In this document: one piece after another, positions 63,831 to 64,000 of the stretch
How positions within the stretch are numbered: the stretch's first letter is position 1
Layout: each line of letters starts with the position of its first letter
Assembly: GCF_044704955.1 (NCBI RefSeq)
Contig: NC_091995.1
Coordinates: 15,934,001 to 15,998,000 of the forward strand
Source of the DNA: Pristiophorus japonicus
Lineage: Eukaryota
DNA length: 64,000 bases
Direction: 5' to 3'
Notes under the pieces: model-generated
The model's input: only the letters and a program-made list of their open reading frames with translations
What the model was told of the DNA's origin: nothing
Database searches by the model: none
Translations under genes and position numbers: made by a program

Positions 63831-64000
63831 ATTTCGAAAGAGCTCCATGTAGAAATTCAAAAGTTCGAAATGACCACTGTATTGTGAAATGTTGGTCTGC
63901 TTCGGACGAGCAGTGTGCAAATTACTCGGCTGTTAATGTTAACCCAATAGGGTGATCCATGGCTAGCCATTGCCCACGGTTGGGAGAAAGTAGTTCATAC
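63831..64000 (+). repeat. Unclassified ~170-bp element homologous to 15570-15741
   Basis: Shared blocks gttcgaaatgaccactgtatt, ggtctgcttcggac, aaattactcggct, aatgttaacccaatagggtgatc, gccattgccca.ggttgggagaaag. Confidence 0.75.

Overview
This is eukaryotic, repeat-rich DNA. The DeuSINE and CR1 families point to a cartilaginous fish (shark or ray). I reconstructed three spliced genes by hand. All encode non-rearranging VJ-type Ig-superfamily receptors of the NCR3/NKp30 family. Gene A (+, CDS 2250-11897, 171 aa) has a leader, one V domain and a Lys-containing TM with almost no tail, so it is activating type; it also has a possible alternative terminal exon for a secreted form. Gene B (+, CDS 27953-41592, 270 aa) has a V exon identical to A's at 344/348 nt, a Lys-free TM and a tail with two canonical ITIMs plus one ITIM-like motif, so it is inhibitory type. 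Gene C (-, CDS 55619-49257, 328 aa) has two tandem V domains and a Lys-containing TM (activating type). The 5' ~11 kb of A is a tandem paralogue of B (offset ~25.7 kb), while A's 3' end is homologous to C's activating TM cassette. A therefore looks like a B/C-type chimera whose ligand-binding half is kept nearly identical to B: a paired activating/inhibitory NKp30-like receptor system. The rest is decayed CR1-group LINEs, two tRNA-derived SINE families, TIR elements, a hairpin retro-element, minisatellites and CT/GA low-complexity tracts. Exon models and alignments are by eye, with no transcript evidence; repeat boundaries are approximate.
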